This document shows positions 1-9,091 of a DNA stretch of 64,000 bases, piece after piece (positions within the stretch are counted from its first letter, which is position 1; each line of letters begins with the position of its first letter). A program made the position numbers and the translations under genes. The notes beneath the pieces were generated by a model, which saw only the letters and a program-made list of their open reading frames with translations, was not told where the DNA came from and searched no databases. Source of the DNA: a virus. The stretch is taken from IMG/VR virus record IMGVR_UViG_3300025015_000010, positions 32,001 to 96,000 of that record; one strand, 5' to 3'.

Positions 1-14
1 GCCTGGGGCACGAA

Positions 15-965
15 GTGGCGATTCTATCTGAGCTAAGCAAACACGGTATGGCACCAAAGATAGGCGATTGGGTTTATTTTAAGTCAGTGATATCAGAACA
101 TTCGGGGGCATGGCATATAGATCCATGTGGAGCATACGGTTATGAGATGGAAGACGCTAATAGTTTACCCAAGGGTAATTTTAGCATCGAATTTATGAAG
201 ACTCTCCCAATAGTCGGTTCCAGTGGAGCATGGTCGGATATTATGGTCAATGGCCGAGAGAATGTAGTCAACGGCTATTTAGTAGACGTTAGGCGCTCAG
301 CATTTGATATGTTTAGGTGGTCCGGTAAAATTCCGGAATTAGCTGTTTATGATGATCCAGTTATCAGAATAAAGGACGATGTATGTCTGTTGGGGGCTTT
401 TCCTAAGGGAGAAAGATCCGAACCGTACCAAGATTATTACCTTGATGGCCTGTGGTACGAAGGGTCAAGGCGGGTAAAAGCCAGGGCCGATGCATTCGAA
501 TTTTGCCCAAAATATGGTGAGTCTGTTCTTGAGATTGGGTGCCAAACAGGCGGTTTTGAGTCTTTTGCCTATCTTAGTGGGTCCAGGCGAATCGTCGGTG
601 TGGATGTCGATAAAGACTATATTGATCTATGTCGTAGGCTAGCAAGAAAGAATAGGCATAATATGTGTTTTAGAAATATAGACGCATGCAGTGATGATTT
701 TATGTCATGGGTTGAATGCTACTTCCCAAACGGTGTAGATCACTTACTGATATTATCTATGTACAAGCATGTTAAGCCTGAATGGTTCTATAGGTGGATG
801 GATGAAATAAATGCTAGGAATGTATACATTGAAAGCAACGCATTGAAGCCTAATGAGCCTCCAGAATTTGATCAGCAAATTAAGCAGCGCGGTGGATTGA
901 GGTTGTCAGATACTTCCGACAGGAATCCCAGAGCCGTGTACAGAATTGTGCGGGAAAAGTCATGA
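15..965 (+). CDS. SAM-dependent methyltransferase with a possible kinase-like N-terminal part; probably truncated by the window start
   Basis: Motif I VLEIGCQTGG and VGVDVD; N-terminal WSDIMVNGRENVVNGYLVD resembles a kinase catalytic loop. Confidence 0.7.
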   Translation: MAILSELSKHGMAPKIGDWVYFKSVISEHSGAWHIDPCGAYGYEMEDANSLPKGNFSIEFMKTLPIVGSSGAWSDIMVNGRENVVNGYLVDVRRSAFDMFRWSGKIPELAVYDDPVIRIKDDVCLLGAFPKGERSEPYQDYYLDGLWYEGSRRVKARADAFEFCPKYGESVLEIGCQTGGFESFAYLSGSRRIVGVDVDKDYIDLCRRLARKNRHNMCFRNIDACSDDFMSWVECYFPNGVDHLLILSMYKHVKPEWFYRWMDEINARNVYIESNALKPNEPPEFDQQIKQRGGLRLSDTSDRNPRAVYRIVREKS

Positions 966-1657
966 AGACGGTAAATTATAATGGTACTTTAATTAATGTT
1001 AGTAGGAAAGATCACTACTATCATAGGTGGCCAGAAAGCCCTAAAGAGCCTTACACGTACAAAATATTTGATAAGTTTACTGATGATAAGACAGTATGTT
1101 TGGATATTGGAGCCTGTCGTGGTGTAACGACGCTGTATCTGGCTAAGAGGTGCAAAGTTGTCTATGCGATTGAACCAGATCCTGTCGCACTAGAGGATAT
1201 TAGTGCCAACATCGCAGTGAATGATATCACTAATGTTATTCTCATAGACAAGTGTCTTAGTGACGTGTCTGGTCCTAAGTTATTTGGCGGCAATGGTCCT
1301 CTTGGCAATAGTGAATCATCTGTGTTTGTTAATACTGGCACTAAATCGTTAGTAACTGTTGATGGTATTACGATAGATCAGTTACTAGTTATGCACCCTG
1401 GCATATTAGAATGCTCTTTTATTAAGATTGACATAGAGGGTTCAGAAAAAATAGTTATACCAGCTATGAAAAATTATCTGTCTGAGCATAGGCCTACCGT
1501 GTATATATCATTTCATACTAGGTATGGTATAATAACCAAGGAAGAAGAACGCGAAACCGCAGGAGTTCTTAAAAGTATATATCCGCACGTGTATGATATC
1601 GATTTGAATAGGTCAGACGGGAATTACATAGGCGAGTGCATGGTCTTCTGTGCATAA
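962..1657 (+). CDS. FkbM-family methyltransferase
   Basis: LDIGACRG, YAIEP and FIKIDIEGSE motifs. Confidence 0.9.
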   Translation: MKTVNYNGTLINVSRKDHYYHRWPESPKEPYTYKIFDKFTDDKTVCLDIGACRGVTTLYLAKRCKVVYAIEPDPVALEDISANIAVNDITNVILIDKCLSDVSGPKLFGGNGPLGNSESSVFVNTGTKSLVTVDGITIDQLLVMHPGILECSFIKIDIEGSEKIVIPAMKNYLSEHRPTVYISFHTRYGIITKEEERETAGVLKSIYPHVYDIDLNRSDGNYIGECMVFCA

Positions 1658-1666
1658 AGGATTAGA

Positions 1667-2554
1667 TTGTCTAAACCTAAGATAGTTTTAGTGGCAGATG
1701 CGAGAGGATGGGCGTGGGAAAGAAAGTCCATGGCCATTAAAAAATACTTGTCCGATTTCTTTGATTTTGAAATTAGGTATGAACCGCAGATGCGTAATAC
1801 CGATTCTACAGCAGATTTGTATTTAACCTTTGATTTTCCTGGGTCTCAAAAAGTTCCAGCGGGATGTAAATACATAACAGGCATTACAGCCCATGTTGAC
1901 TGGAATGTTTGGGGTTTAAGTGAAGTGAGAAGATGGGCCTCGGGTGCTACCTGTTTACATGCCAACTCAAAACTGTTAGTTAACGAGGTAAAAGAACGTC
2001 TAGGCGTTGAGCCTTTTTATGTTCCTAATGGTGTTGATCATACAATTTTTTATCGTGACGCACCACGTGGCAAATTTACCGCTGGATACGTGGGCAAAGA
2101 TCAAGAACAAAAAGGAACCGACATCATAAAAAGAGCGTGTGAGTTGGCCGGGGTGCCGCTGAAATTTAATGCCAGTAGGTACTATAGTCAGGACGTTCTT
2201 TCTGCTAGCCTAATGCAAAAATGGTATCAAGACATCTGGGTTCAGATAACATGCTCAATAAAAGATGGTACACCTAATCAAGCGCTAGAGTCGGCGGCAT
2301 GCGAAAATATCAATATAGGAAACGCCATAGGTAATCTGCCTGAATTTATTAACACCGGAGTTAATGGTTTTTTGATAGAGCGTAATTGTGATGCAATTGT
2401 AGAAAAGCTTATATGGTGTAAGAATAATACTGGCAGCGTTATAGAGATGGGCAGAGAGTCTTTAAAAACAGTGTTGTCTGGATGGACTTGGGAAGTTATG
2501 GCCTTAAATTACAAGAATATGTTTATGCATGCCCTGGATAAGACTGATGCGTAG
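1667..2554 (+). CDS. GT-B (GT4-like) glycosyltransferase
   Basis: VPNGVD, EQKG, DGTPNQALESAAC and NGFL motifs. Confidence 0.85.
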   Translation: MSKPKIVLVADARGWAWERKSMAIKKYLSDFFDFEIRYEPQMRNTDSTADLYLTFDFPGSQKVPAGCKYITGITAHVDWNVWGLSEVRRWASGATCLHANSKLLVNEVKERLGVEPFYVPNGVDHTIFYRDAPRGKFTAGYVGKDQEQKGTDIIKRACELAGVPLKFNASRYYSQDVLSASLMQKWYQDIWVQITCSIKDGTPNQALESAACENINIGNAIGNLPEFINTGVNGFLIERNCDAIVEKLIWCKNNTGSVIEMGRESLKTVLSGWTWEVMALNYKNMFMHALDKTDA

Positions 2555-3530
2555 CGCATTGGTCACAGGTGCAGCCGGGTTTATAGGAAGTAATCTCTGT
2601 AGACATCTTTTAAGTTTAGGCTACCGAGTTACTGGAGTAGATTCATTTCATATATTTTATCCGAGGATACTGAAAGAGTTAAATCTGAATTACTTTAGGA
2701 AGCACTTTAATTTTACGTTTTTCGAGTGTGATATTCTAAATGTACGACAGCTTGATGTTGTTTTTAGTCAAAATCGCTTCGACGTTGTCGTACATTTAGC
2801 AGCTATTGCAGGAGTTGCACCAAGTATTGTAGACCCAGCCAGCTATTATCGTATAAATGTATTGGGGACATTGAATATTTTAGAACAGTGCAAAAAATTT
2901 GGAGTTAAGAAAGTAGTGATGGCCTCGTCGTCGTCTGTGTATGGCGATACCGACAAGTTACCACTTGCAGAAAATAACTTAGCGGGCAAGGCGTTATCAC
3001 CGTACGCCGCGTCAAAAAAAGCCATGGAGGAGTTAGCAGAGTCTTTTTCAGTCGCACACAAGATATCCATAGCGTGTATTAGATATTTTACAGTATATGG
3101 TCCAGCACAAAGGCCAGACATGGCCGTATCGTTGTTTACACGTAAGGTCTCAAGGGGGGATAAAATCGTATTGTATGGCTCGGATACTGCTAGAAATTAT
3201 ACGTATATTGATGACGTCGTTTTGGGCACGATCAAAATAGTTGAAGCCGATTTTTCCTTTGATATTGTTAATATTGGGGGTTCCGAGGTTGTTAGCTTGA
3301 CTAAACTTATCCGCGAGATATCAGACGCCCTGGGTCTTGAAGCACGGTATGAGATGCAAACTATGCCGCGCCAATATGATATGAAGGTTACGGATGCCAG
3401 TATTATACACGCACACGATAAATATGGGTATTCTCCTACAATATGTTTGCACGATGGCATAAAAAAGTATGTTAGTTGGTATTCTGGTCTGCGCAATGTA
3501 TATGACCAACTAGATAACGGTCAGTTGTGA
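2547..3530 (+). CDS. NAD-dependent nucleotide-sugar epimerase/dehydratase (UDP-glucuronate 4-epimerase-like)
   Basis: TGAAGFIGS, HLAA, SSSSVYG, YAASK, RYFTVYGP and RPDM; ATG 2547 preferred as start. Confidence 0.92.
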   Translation: MRSALVTGAAGFIGSNLCRHLLSLGYRVTGVDSFHIFYPRILKELNLNYFRKHFNFTFFECDILNVRQLDVVFSQNRFDVVVHLAAIAGVAPSIVDPASYYRINVLGTLNILEQCKKFGVKKVVMASSSSVYGDTDKLPLAENNLAGKALSPYAASKKAMEELAESFSVAHKISIACIRYFTVYGPAQRPDMAVSLFTRKVSRGDKIVLYGSDTARNYTYIDDVVLGTIKIVEADFSFDIVNIGGSEVVSLTKLIREISDALGLEARYEMQTMPRQYDMKVTDASIIHAHDKYGYSPTICLHDGIKKYVSWYSGLRNVYDQLDNGQL

Positions 3531-4147
3531 CGGATAGAATTTCTGTTATAGTGCCATGTTACAACGATGCTCACAATCTCCCGTCACTAGTCAAATCAAT
3601 CCGTACGGCTTGTTCTTTTTCAGAAATAATCGTAGTAGATGACGGTAGTCAGTGCCCAGTAAAACAATCAACAGACTATAAACTTATTAGACAGAATAAT
3701 AAGGGGCTGGGACCGGCTAGAAATACAGGTGTAACCCATGCAACCAGTGATCTTGTGTTCTTCTGCGATTGTGATATTCAACTCGCCCCAGGGATTTTAG
3801 ACAAGTTAAAAAACAAGCTAGAAAGCACGCCAGGGGCGGTGTTGGCGTTCGGGGACTTTATCTGGGATCGAATAAAATATGCTCTTGGTCCTTATGATTA
3901 TGCTAGACTTAGAGTAGAGCCTTGCATATCTCCGATGTCTCTAGTTCGAAAATCATGTCTATTAGATTTCAGAAATATACCTTATGAGGACTGGGATCTT
4001 TGGTTACGAATGTTAAATCCAGAAAAATATCCAGGTCGAGTAGCAGTTTATTTACCTGAAATGGTGTTTGCCACGAGAGGTCGTAGGTTATCAAAAAATT
4101 TGCCCCAGGTACGAGGCACAACAGAAGGTGTGGTGATTAATAGCTAA
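3527..4147 (+). CDS. GT-A (GT2) glycosyltransferase
   Basis: ISVIVPCYN, VDDGS, ARNTG, DxD (DCD) and EDWDLW. Confidence 0.9.
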   Translation: MTDRISVIVPCYNDAHNLPSLVKSIRTACSFSEIIVVDDGSQCPVKQSTDYKLIRQNNKGLGPARNTGVTHATSDLVFFCDCDIQLAPGILDKLKNKLESTPGAVLAFGDFIWDRIKYALGPYDYARLRVEPCISPMSLVRKSCLLDFRNIPYEDWDLWLRMLNPEKYPGRVAVYLPEMVFATRGRRLSKNLPQVRGTTEGVVINS

Positions 4148-4348
4148 ATTGTTAACAGTTAAAGAATTAGACGCGCTACCCAGCGGTACGAGGTTGTTAA
4201 CCATTATGGGGAAGTCCCTAGTCAAAGGTGTAGATAGGCATGGAGCAAGGATACGCGGCATGGTGGTTTAACAGCCTACAGCATAGCACCAAAACCAAGG
4301 CGCAAAAGTCGTAAATCCAAACGTAAATCTAACAGAAAGGGAAAGTAA
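4140..4348 (+). pseudogene. small phage protein, apparently frameshifted
   Basis: One frame reads ELDALPSGTRLLTIMGKSLVKGVD; a second frame continues DTRHGGLTAYSIAPKPRRKSRK...* ending at the next gene start. Confidence 0.4.
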
Positions 4349-4660
4349 ATGCCACAAGAACAAGCACAAATCTGCCCGCTAACCTTTGCTCAGATTCCAA
4401 TCCCTCGTCAAACAGGTTCAGCAATCTTAACGGGCACTCCAGATTCTGGCCGTCAAGGAATGACTTTGGAAATTAACCAGGTAGCTAGGCCGTGTGTAGG
4501 GCCAGCATGCTTGTTTTATTTGGGCAACACACGTCCAGATCATCCATGCAGTTTTATTGCCCAGCAGGCCGATGCAGAGCAGTTGTTGGTTGAGCAAAAG
4601 AAAACCAACGATCTGCTAGCTAATTTGGTTAAGCATCTAGAGGATAAGTCTAATGGCTAA
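4349..4660 (+). CDS. hypothetical protein (Cys motifs)
   Basis: ORF track; packed in operon. Confidence 0.65.
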   Translation: MPQEQAQICPLTFAQIPIPRQTGSAILTGTPDSGRQGMTLEINQVARPCVGPACLFYLGNTRPDHPCSFIAQQADAEQLLVEQKKTNDLLANLVKHLEDKSNG

Positions 4661-4793
4661 ACCATTACCTAAGAAGCGCGAAAAAGTTGGCCTTGGAGAT
4701 CTTGTTAAAAAGATGCTCAAGAAGGTAGGTATCGAGAAAGATTGCGAGCCATGTGAAAAGCGCCGCAAAGCCCTAAATAAGATCAAGTTTTAG
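4653..4793 (+). CDS. small basic phage protein, 46 aa (not in ORF track)
   Basis: MAKPLPKKREKVGLGDLVKKMLKKVGIEKDCEPCEKRRKALNKIKF; GAGG RBS; fills the gap exactly. Confidence 0.75.
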   Translation: MAKPLPKKREKVGLGDLVKKMLKKVGIEKDCEPCEKRRKALNKIKF

Positions 4794-5287
4794 TGCGTAC
4801 CTTAAGCTATGCCGAACCAGCTAAGATATATGATTTAGCCGGTTACATCGGCCGCGCTAGTATTTTTGATGCCATTTGGAAAGACTGGCATGATGCCAGA
4901 GAAAAGAAGCGCGGTAAAAATCGAACAATTGCAGCGTGGTTAACAGGCACTGATCCTAAAAACGGGTTTGAGACCGAAGGCGAACCTAGAGAATGGGATT
5001 TTGATTTTAGTCGTAAGCCAGGCACGTTTCTTAATGTTGTAGTAGGCACTTCGGAAGATAAGCCAGTAGATTATATCCAGTGGGTAATTGCACCAGATAG
5101 AACGATACGGAATAAATATGATTGGGACACGTCCGGTTTAAAATCGTCCTGTGGCAATGACCGTTGCTACGAAAGTCGTGGTGACCCACCCTATTTTGCG
5201 TCATTTCCTGCATTATGGACAGTAGCCTCATTAGATTTATCAGAAGCCGTATTGGGGCTTCAAGCATTTCTTAGGCAGAAGCCTTAG
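4793..5287 (+). CDS. hypothetical protein
   Basis: ORF track; stop/start overlaps on both sides. Confidence 0.7.
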   Translation: MRTLSYAEPAKIYDLAGYIGRASIFDAIWKDWHDAREKKRGKNRTIAAWLTGTDPKNGFETEGEPREWDFDFSRKPGTFLNVVVGTSEDKPVDYIQWVIAPDRTIRNKYDWDTSGLKSSCGNDRCYESRGDPPYFASFPALWTVASLDLSEAVLGLQAFLRQKP

Positions 5288-5973
5288 TGCCAATTAAACG
5301 CCGTGGCTCACCTTTATATGAAGCCAGGTCGCGCTTGCATGACGTTACTGTTGTGCAGACAGATCATGGTATAGCTTTGTTGGTGGATGGTGTGCTTCGT
5401 GCAATTGAAAGTGACGAAAAGAAGTTTTTTGCACACTTAGTTTTACCCGCGATGGTCCAAGCCGGTAAACTGGAGCGAGTGCTAGTACTTGGTGGCGGCG
5501 ATGGATTGGCCACACGGGACGCGCTCAAATTTAGTCCAGACTCAGTGACCGTGATCGATCCAGACTGTGTTATTTTTGGTGTTGCCCAAAAAGCACCGTT
5601 TACTACTTTGAACAACTCAAGTCTGACCGATGCCAAGGTAACTAAGCAGTGTGCTATGTTGGATAGCTATCTGAAGGGTGTGTCAAAACCTTTCGATGTA
5701 GTGATTGTCCATCTTCCAGACCCGACTACGGATGTTATAGCTAAGCTGTATAACAATGATCTAGCCAGATTGCTGCGCAAGGCAGTAGTTAAGGGCGGAA
5801 CTTTGTCGTTTGTGGGCACAATGAAGACCGGCCGCGTAGAGCCAGTGATTGCTAGTCTTGAAAAGCTGTTTAAGTACAAGCAGCTAGTAACCAAAGAAAT
5901 TCCGCTTTATGGTGAGCGTAAGTTCTTATTAGTCAGCGATTTAGAATTAGTACCAAGAAGAAATCCGATTTAG
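5287..5973 (+). CDS. spermidine synthase-like aminopropyltransferase, degenerate active site
   Basis: VLVLGGGDGL; FDVVIVHLPDP where DxxDP is expected. Confidence 0.8.
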   Translation: MPIKRRGSPLYEARSRLHDVTVVQTDHGIALLVDGVLRAIESDEKKFFAHLVLPAMVQAGKLERVLVLGGGDGLATRDALKFSPDSVTVIDPDCVIFGVAQKAPFTTLNNSSLTDAKVTKQCAMLDSYLKGVSKPFDVVIVHLPDPTTDVIAKLYNNDLARLLRKAVVKGGTLSFVGTMKTGRVEPVIASLEKLFKYKQLVTKEIPLYGERKFLLVSDLELVPRRNPI

Positions 5974-5977
5974 TAGC

Positions 5978-6006
5978 TTGACTTTGTGTTCGCTGTAGTG
6001 TAGACT
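5978..6006 (+). promoter_or_regulatory. sigma70-type promoter, leaderless
   Basis: TTGACT-17-TAGACT; ATG at 6013, 7 nt after the -10. Confidence 0.75.
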
Positions 6007-6012
6007 TAAGTA

Positions 6013-6507
6013 ATGCGATCAGTTCAAGCTATTCAGGATATGATTTCTCGTGGCATTATTTTAGACGCTGCCATGGGTGGTGCGACGGCAGTAATTTACT
6101 ATACAGAACCATTTTCTACCGAAGATATAGATTTCTTTGTGCTTATTCCAGAAGGTGGTTCGTTATTTTTGCCACTAGATGGAATATATAGGTACGCCGA
6201 GCAGCACGGTTTTAAGCTAAGTGAAGAACATATTTTGATCGGCGAAGATAAAGTTCAATTTTTGCCAGTGTTTAACAAGTTAACTGAAGATGCTGTAGCA
6301 GATGCTTCGCAGTACGATATTGATGGCTCGCAAGTTAAGATATTATCTCCTGAGTATCTTATTGCCATTATGCTGCATACAGGTAGACATAAGGATTTTC
6401 TAAAGCTAAGATTGTTGTTAGATCAAACGAAGGTCAATAAGCAGAAACTAAAGTCCGTTTTGCGTAAGCACAAACTCGAAGAAGCCTGGAAAAAGTTCAA
6501 TGCGTGA
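6013..6507 (+). CDS. nucleotidyltransferase-fold protein (AbiEii/DUF6036-like)
   Basis: GGATAV, STEDIDF and GRHKD motifs. Confidence 0.7.
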   Translation: MRSVQAIQDMISRGIILDAAMGGATAVIYYTEPFSTEDIDFFVLIPEGGSLFLPLDGIYRYAEQHGFKLSEEHILIGEDKVQFLPVFNKLTEDAVADASQYDIDGSQVKILSPEYLIAIMLHTGRHKDFLKLRLLLDQTKVNKQKLKSVLRKHKLEEAWKKFNA

Positions 6508-6664
6508 TTACTCTCGGATCGAGCATTATGTAAAAACGGTGCTGTTTCCTGCAAAAGAGAAGTCCCGGCAGGAGGCCGCTAAGTTGCCGTTCGCAGAGAA
6601 GATGCGGCGCGTTAGGCATATGCAAAGTAGGATAGTTTCGATCAAGAATGCAAAGAAGGTTTAA
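6500..6664 (+). CDS. small partner of the NTase (putative antitoxin), 54 aa (not in ORF track)
   Basis: MRDYSRIEHY...AKEKSRQEAAKLPFAEKMRR; overlaps both neighbours. Confidence 0.6.
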   Translation: MRDYSRIEHYVKTVLFPAKEKSRQEAAKLPFAEKMRRVRHMQSRIVSIKNAKKV

Positions 6665-7320
6665 TGCCACAGGAATCCTCATGGAAACTCAAAGATCGCA
6701 AAAATATCAAGCCCGATGAAGTGTCGAGGCTATTTACAGCAGCAAAGAATTCCAGTATTCGTGATTATATTATGTTGGCTTTGACAGCCAATATGGGGCT
6801 CAGGGTCGGTGAGCTAGTACAATTGAAGTTTGAGGATTTTTTGCCCCAACAAGGTATCGCTTTAGTCAAGACGTTAAAGCAAAAAGAAGCCGTAGTGGAC
6901 GAACTCAATGTAGATAAGGGTGTTTTCGAATTAGTAGACGAGTGGAAGAAAGCCTCAGGTCGTTCACGAGGTTGGTTGTTTCCTGGGAAGAATCCTGAGC
7001 AGCCTATAACAACTCGTGGAGCCCAAAAGATATTCGAAAGAGCAGCGCGAGCAGCAGGAATTGAGACAGACGCCCCGCTAGCCTTGGTTGATTCAAATAA
7101 TGCCAGAGGTAAAGGCATACATTCATTGAGGCATTATCGCGGGACTGTATTGGCTACATCAGGGGCAGACATGCCAACAGTGGCCAGACAACTTCGGCAC
7201 AAGTCACTCCAGGCTACGCAAGCATATTTTGACACTTTAAATGAGTCCAGTGCAGTCCGTAAAGTTGGTACACTGAAGATAGCAAACTCCATTAAACGAA
7301 AATTTAATCTGGAGGATTAA
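6664..7320 (+). CDS. tyrosine recombinase, catalytic domain only
   Basis: GLRVGEL, HSLRH and LRHKS...TQAY. Confidence 0.9.
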   Translation: MPQESSWKLKDRKNIKPDEVSRLFTAAKNSSIRDYIMLALTANMGLRVGELVQLKFEDFLPQQGIALVKTLKQKEAVVDELNVDKGVFELVDEWKKASGRSRGWLFPGKNPEQPITTRGAQKIFERAARAAGIETDAPLALVDSNNARGKGIHSLRHYRGTVLATSGADMPTVARQLRHKSLQATQAYFDTLNESSAVRKVGTLKIANSIKRKFNLED

Positions 7321-7767
7321 ATGCTACCATATACGCAGGTTTCAAATGTCACGCCTATTCCAGCCCAGCGGGTGATCGTTGTTTCCAAGATAGGGGAACA
7401 GTGGATTGTTCGAATGGCTGGGTTGGTGGCTCCTACATTTCTAACGGCTGCACCTATGCCAGTGTTGAAGATTGAGCGCGAGCCATGGCAAAGTACTGAC
7501 GACGATGCAGAACGTCATCAGGCCCAGCCATCGATTGCAGTAACCATAGGCAGCGCTAACGAAATCGATGAAATTCTGAACAGTTCTCCAGAGTCATTTT
7601 TTATAGTGGAAAATGGTCATAATGATGCTTACGTATTTACAAGAATTTCACCGTTGGCACCTAATGTACATGTAGGCGGGTATCCAAAAGTATTTTCCAG
7701 CATGAGAGAATTGGCTAAGTATATCGTGGATATTTTGAGTGCAAATACGACTTTAACTGTAAATTAA
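7321..7767 (+). CDS. hypothetical protein
   Basis: ORF with GGAGG RBS. Confidence 0.7.
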   Translation: MLPYTQVSNVTPIPAQRVIVVSKIGEQWIVRMAGLVAPTFLTAAPMPVLKIEREPWQSTDDDAERHQAQPSIAVTIGSANEIDEILNSSPESFFIVENGHNDAYVFTRISPLAPNVHVGGYPKVFSSMRELAKYIVDILSANTTLTVN

Positions 7768-7848
7768 TCTGTGCCATTAAGGCACAAAAAGTCCACTGTT
7801 GAGGTGGCAGAAGTCCTGCATGAGCAGGCAGATTAAGTGAGGAACATC

Positions 7849-8673
7849 ATGGCAGATTATAGTTTGGCAGTGTTGGTACACGGCAACGCAGTAAAGACGT
7901 ACGAACACAACAGTAAGACGTACGTAGAGGGCCGCAAAGGGTCTGAGTTTTCTATTCAGCTTCGCAACAATACAAGTTCCCAAGTTGAAGCCGTAGTTTC
8001 TGTAGATGGCAAGTCCGTGAACAACGGTGAAGCAGCCGCGTATGCGACTCGTGGCTACATTTTAGATGCTCACAGCACGCTCACAATTCCAGGCTGGCGG
8101 TTAAATAACCAGGAAGTTGCAAAATTTGGTTTTAACAGCGTTGGTGGATCATATGCGGCAAAGACAGGTGTGCCCGAAAATATTGGTGTTATTTCAGCCG
8201 CTTTCTTCAAAGAGAAGGTCAGTGTTTCGTTGGGTGGATCGGCAATTACAGTCTATTCTACGCAGCCGTGGGTTTACCAGAATCTGCAATGGCCAGAGTA
8301 TCCTAATAAGTTTTGGCTTAGCTCAGGCGGCACAACTGCCGACAGTTACAAAGGTTTGCGAAGCTGTACTACGTCTGCGAGCCTGAATTCTGGGCCTGCT
8401 TGTGCGGGTCACGAAGGCGCCCTTTGTGCGGATCAAACCAGCCAGAATATTGGTATTAGCTTCGGTCAAAAGGCAGATCATCAGGTGCATGAGGTATCTT
8501 TCGTTCGCGCCTCAGTGTCTCCTGATTCAGTAATCTCAGTTTATTATAATGACCGTCAAGGGCTTGAAACTATTGGTATTAACTTCAAGCCTGTGTCCAA
8601 GATAGCCGCTCCAAACCCATTTCCTGGTAATCCCGGTCAGGCATGCAAACCGCCCGACGGTTGGGTAGGCTAA
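7849..8673 (+). CDS. hypothetical protein
   Basis: Long ORF with GAGG RBS; VSVDG...GY...IPGWR...NIGVI...PFPG. Confidence 0.75.
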   Translation: MADYSLAVLVHGNAVKTYEHNSKTYVEGRKGSEFSIQLRNNTSSQVEAVVSVDGKSVNNGEAAAYATRGYILDAHSTLTIPGWRLNNQEVAKFGFNSVGGSYAAKTGVPENIGVISAAFFKEKVSVSLGGSAITVYSTQPWVYQNLQWPEYPNKFWLSSGGTTADSYKGLRSCTTSASLNSGPACAGHEGALCADQTSQNIGISFGQKADHQVHEVSFVRASVSPDSVISVYYNDRQGLETIGINFKPVSKIAAPNPFPGNPGQACKPPDGWVG

Positions 8674-8691
8674 AATTCTTCGAGAAAGTAG

Positions 8692-8720
8692 TTGACATTA
8701 GCTCGCACAAGTGGTATAGT
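8692..8720 (+). promoter_or_regulatory. strong sigma70 promoter with extended -10, upstream of the RNA/Ro60 operon
   Basis: TTGACA (8692-8697), 17 bp, TATAGT (8715-8720) preceded by TG. Confidence 0.85.
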
Positions 8721-8769
8721 ACTAGCATAAGAAACAAATGACTTTGGAAACGGAGTCAAATTATGAAAA

Positions 8770-9090
8770 ATAGCGCGTAGATCCATGGGCCATAGCGAGA
8801 ATCCTAACAAAAAGTGCTACCAAGGCACCTCTATCCTACCTGTAAGGAATCGGACTGAGCATGTATGGCGGTATTGGGCAAAGCTCGCAAAGGTCCAAGC
8901 TAGGGATTGGACAATAAGATCCTTGGAGCCGGGTGAAAACCTCACTTCGTGTGACAGCAGGAAACCTGCTTTCAATCCTATTAGCGATTCGTTACCAGTA
9001 TACTGTTCGGGTAACGTCACTCATTCATGATTGTCATAAATGGGTATGAGAAATTGAACGGTTGCCATGTTAAAGTCCCGGAAACGGAAC
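8770..9090 (+). ncRNA. orphan IS607 TnpB omega-RNA/right-end copy with a different guide
   Basis: 8770-9061 is colinear with 16692-16983 up to the GG end; followed by TTGCCATGTTAAA and a GAAA hairpin; no tnpA, tnpB body or left end. Confidence 0.75.
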
Positions 9091-9091
9091 G

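Noticed and set aside
3552-3561. TGCCATGTTA match to the orphan guide
   Set aside because: Only 10 nt and no G-rich TAM, so chance is plausible; no convincing target was found by eye and the search was not exhaustive
8785-9030. 81-aa ORF as a functional protein
   Set aside because: It is only the TnpB C-terminal tail overlapping the omega-RNA, with no clear RBS
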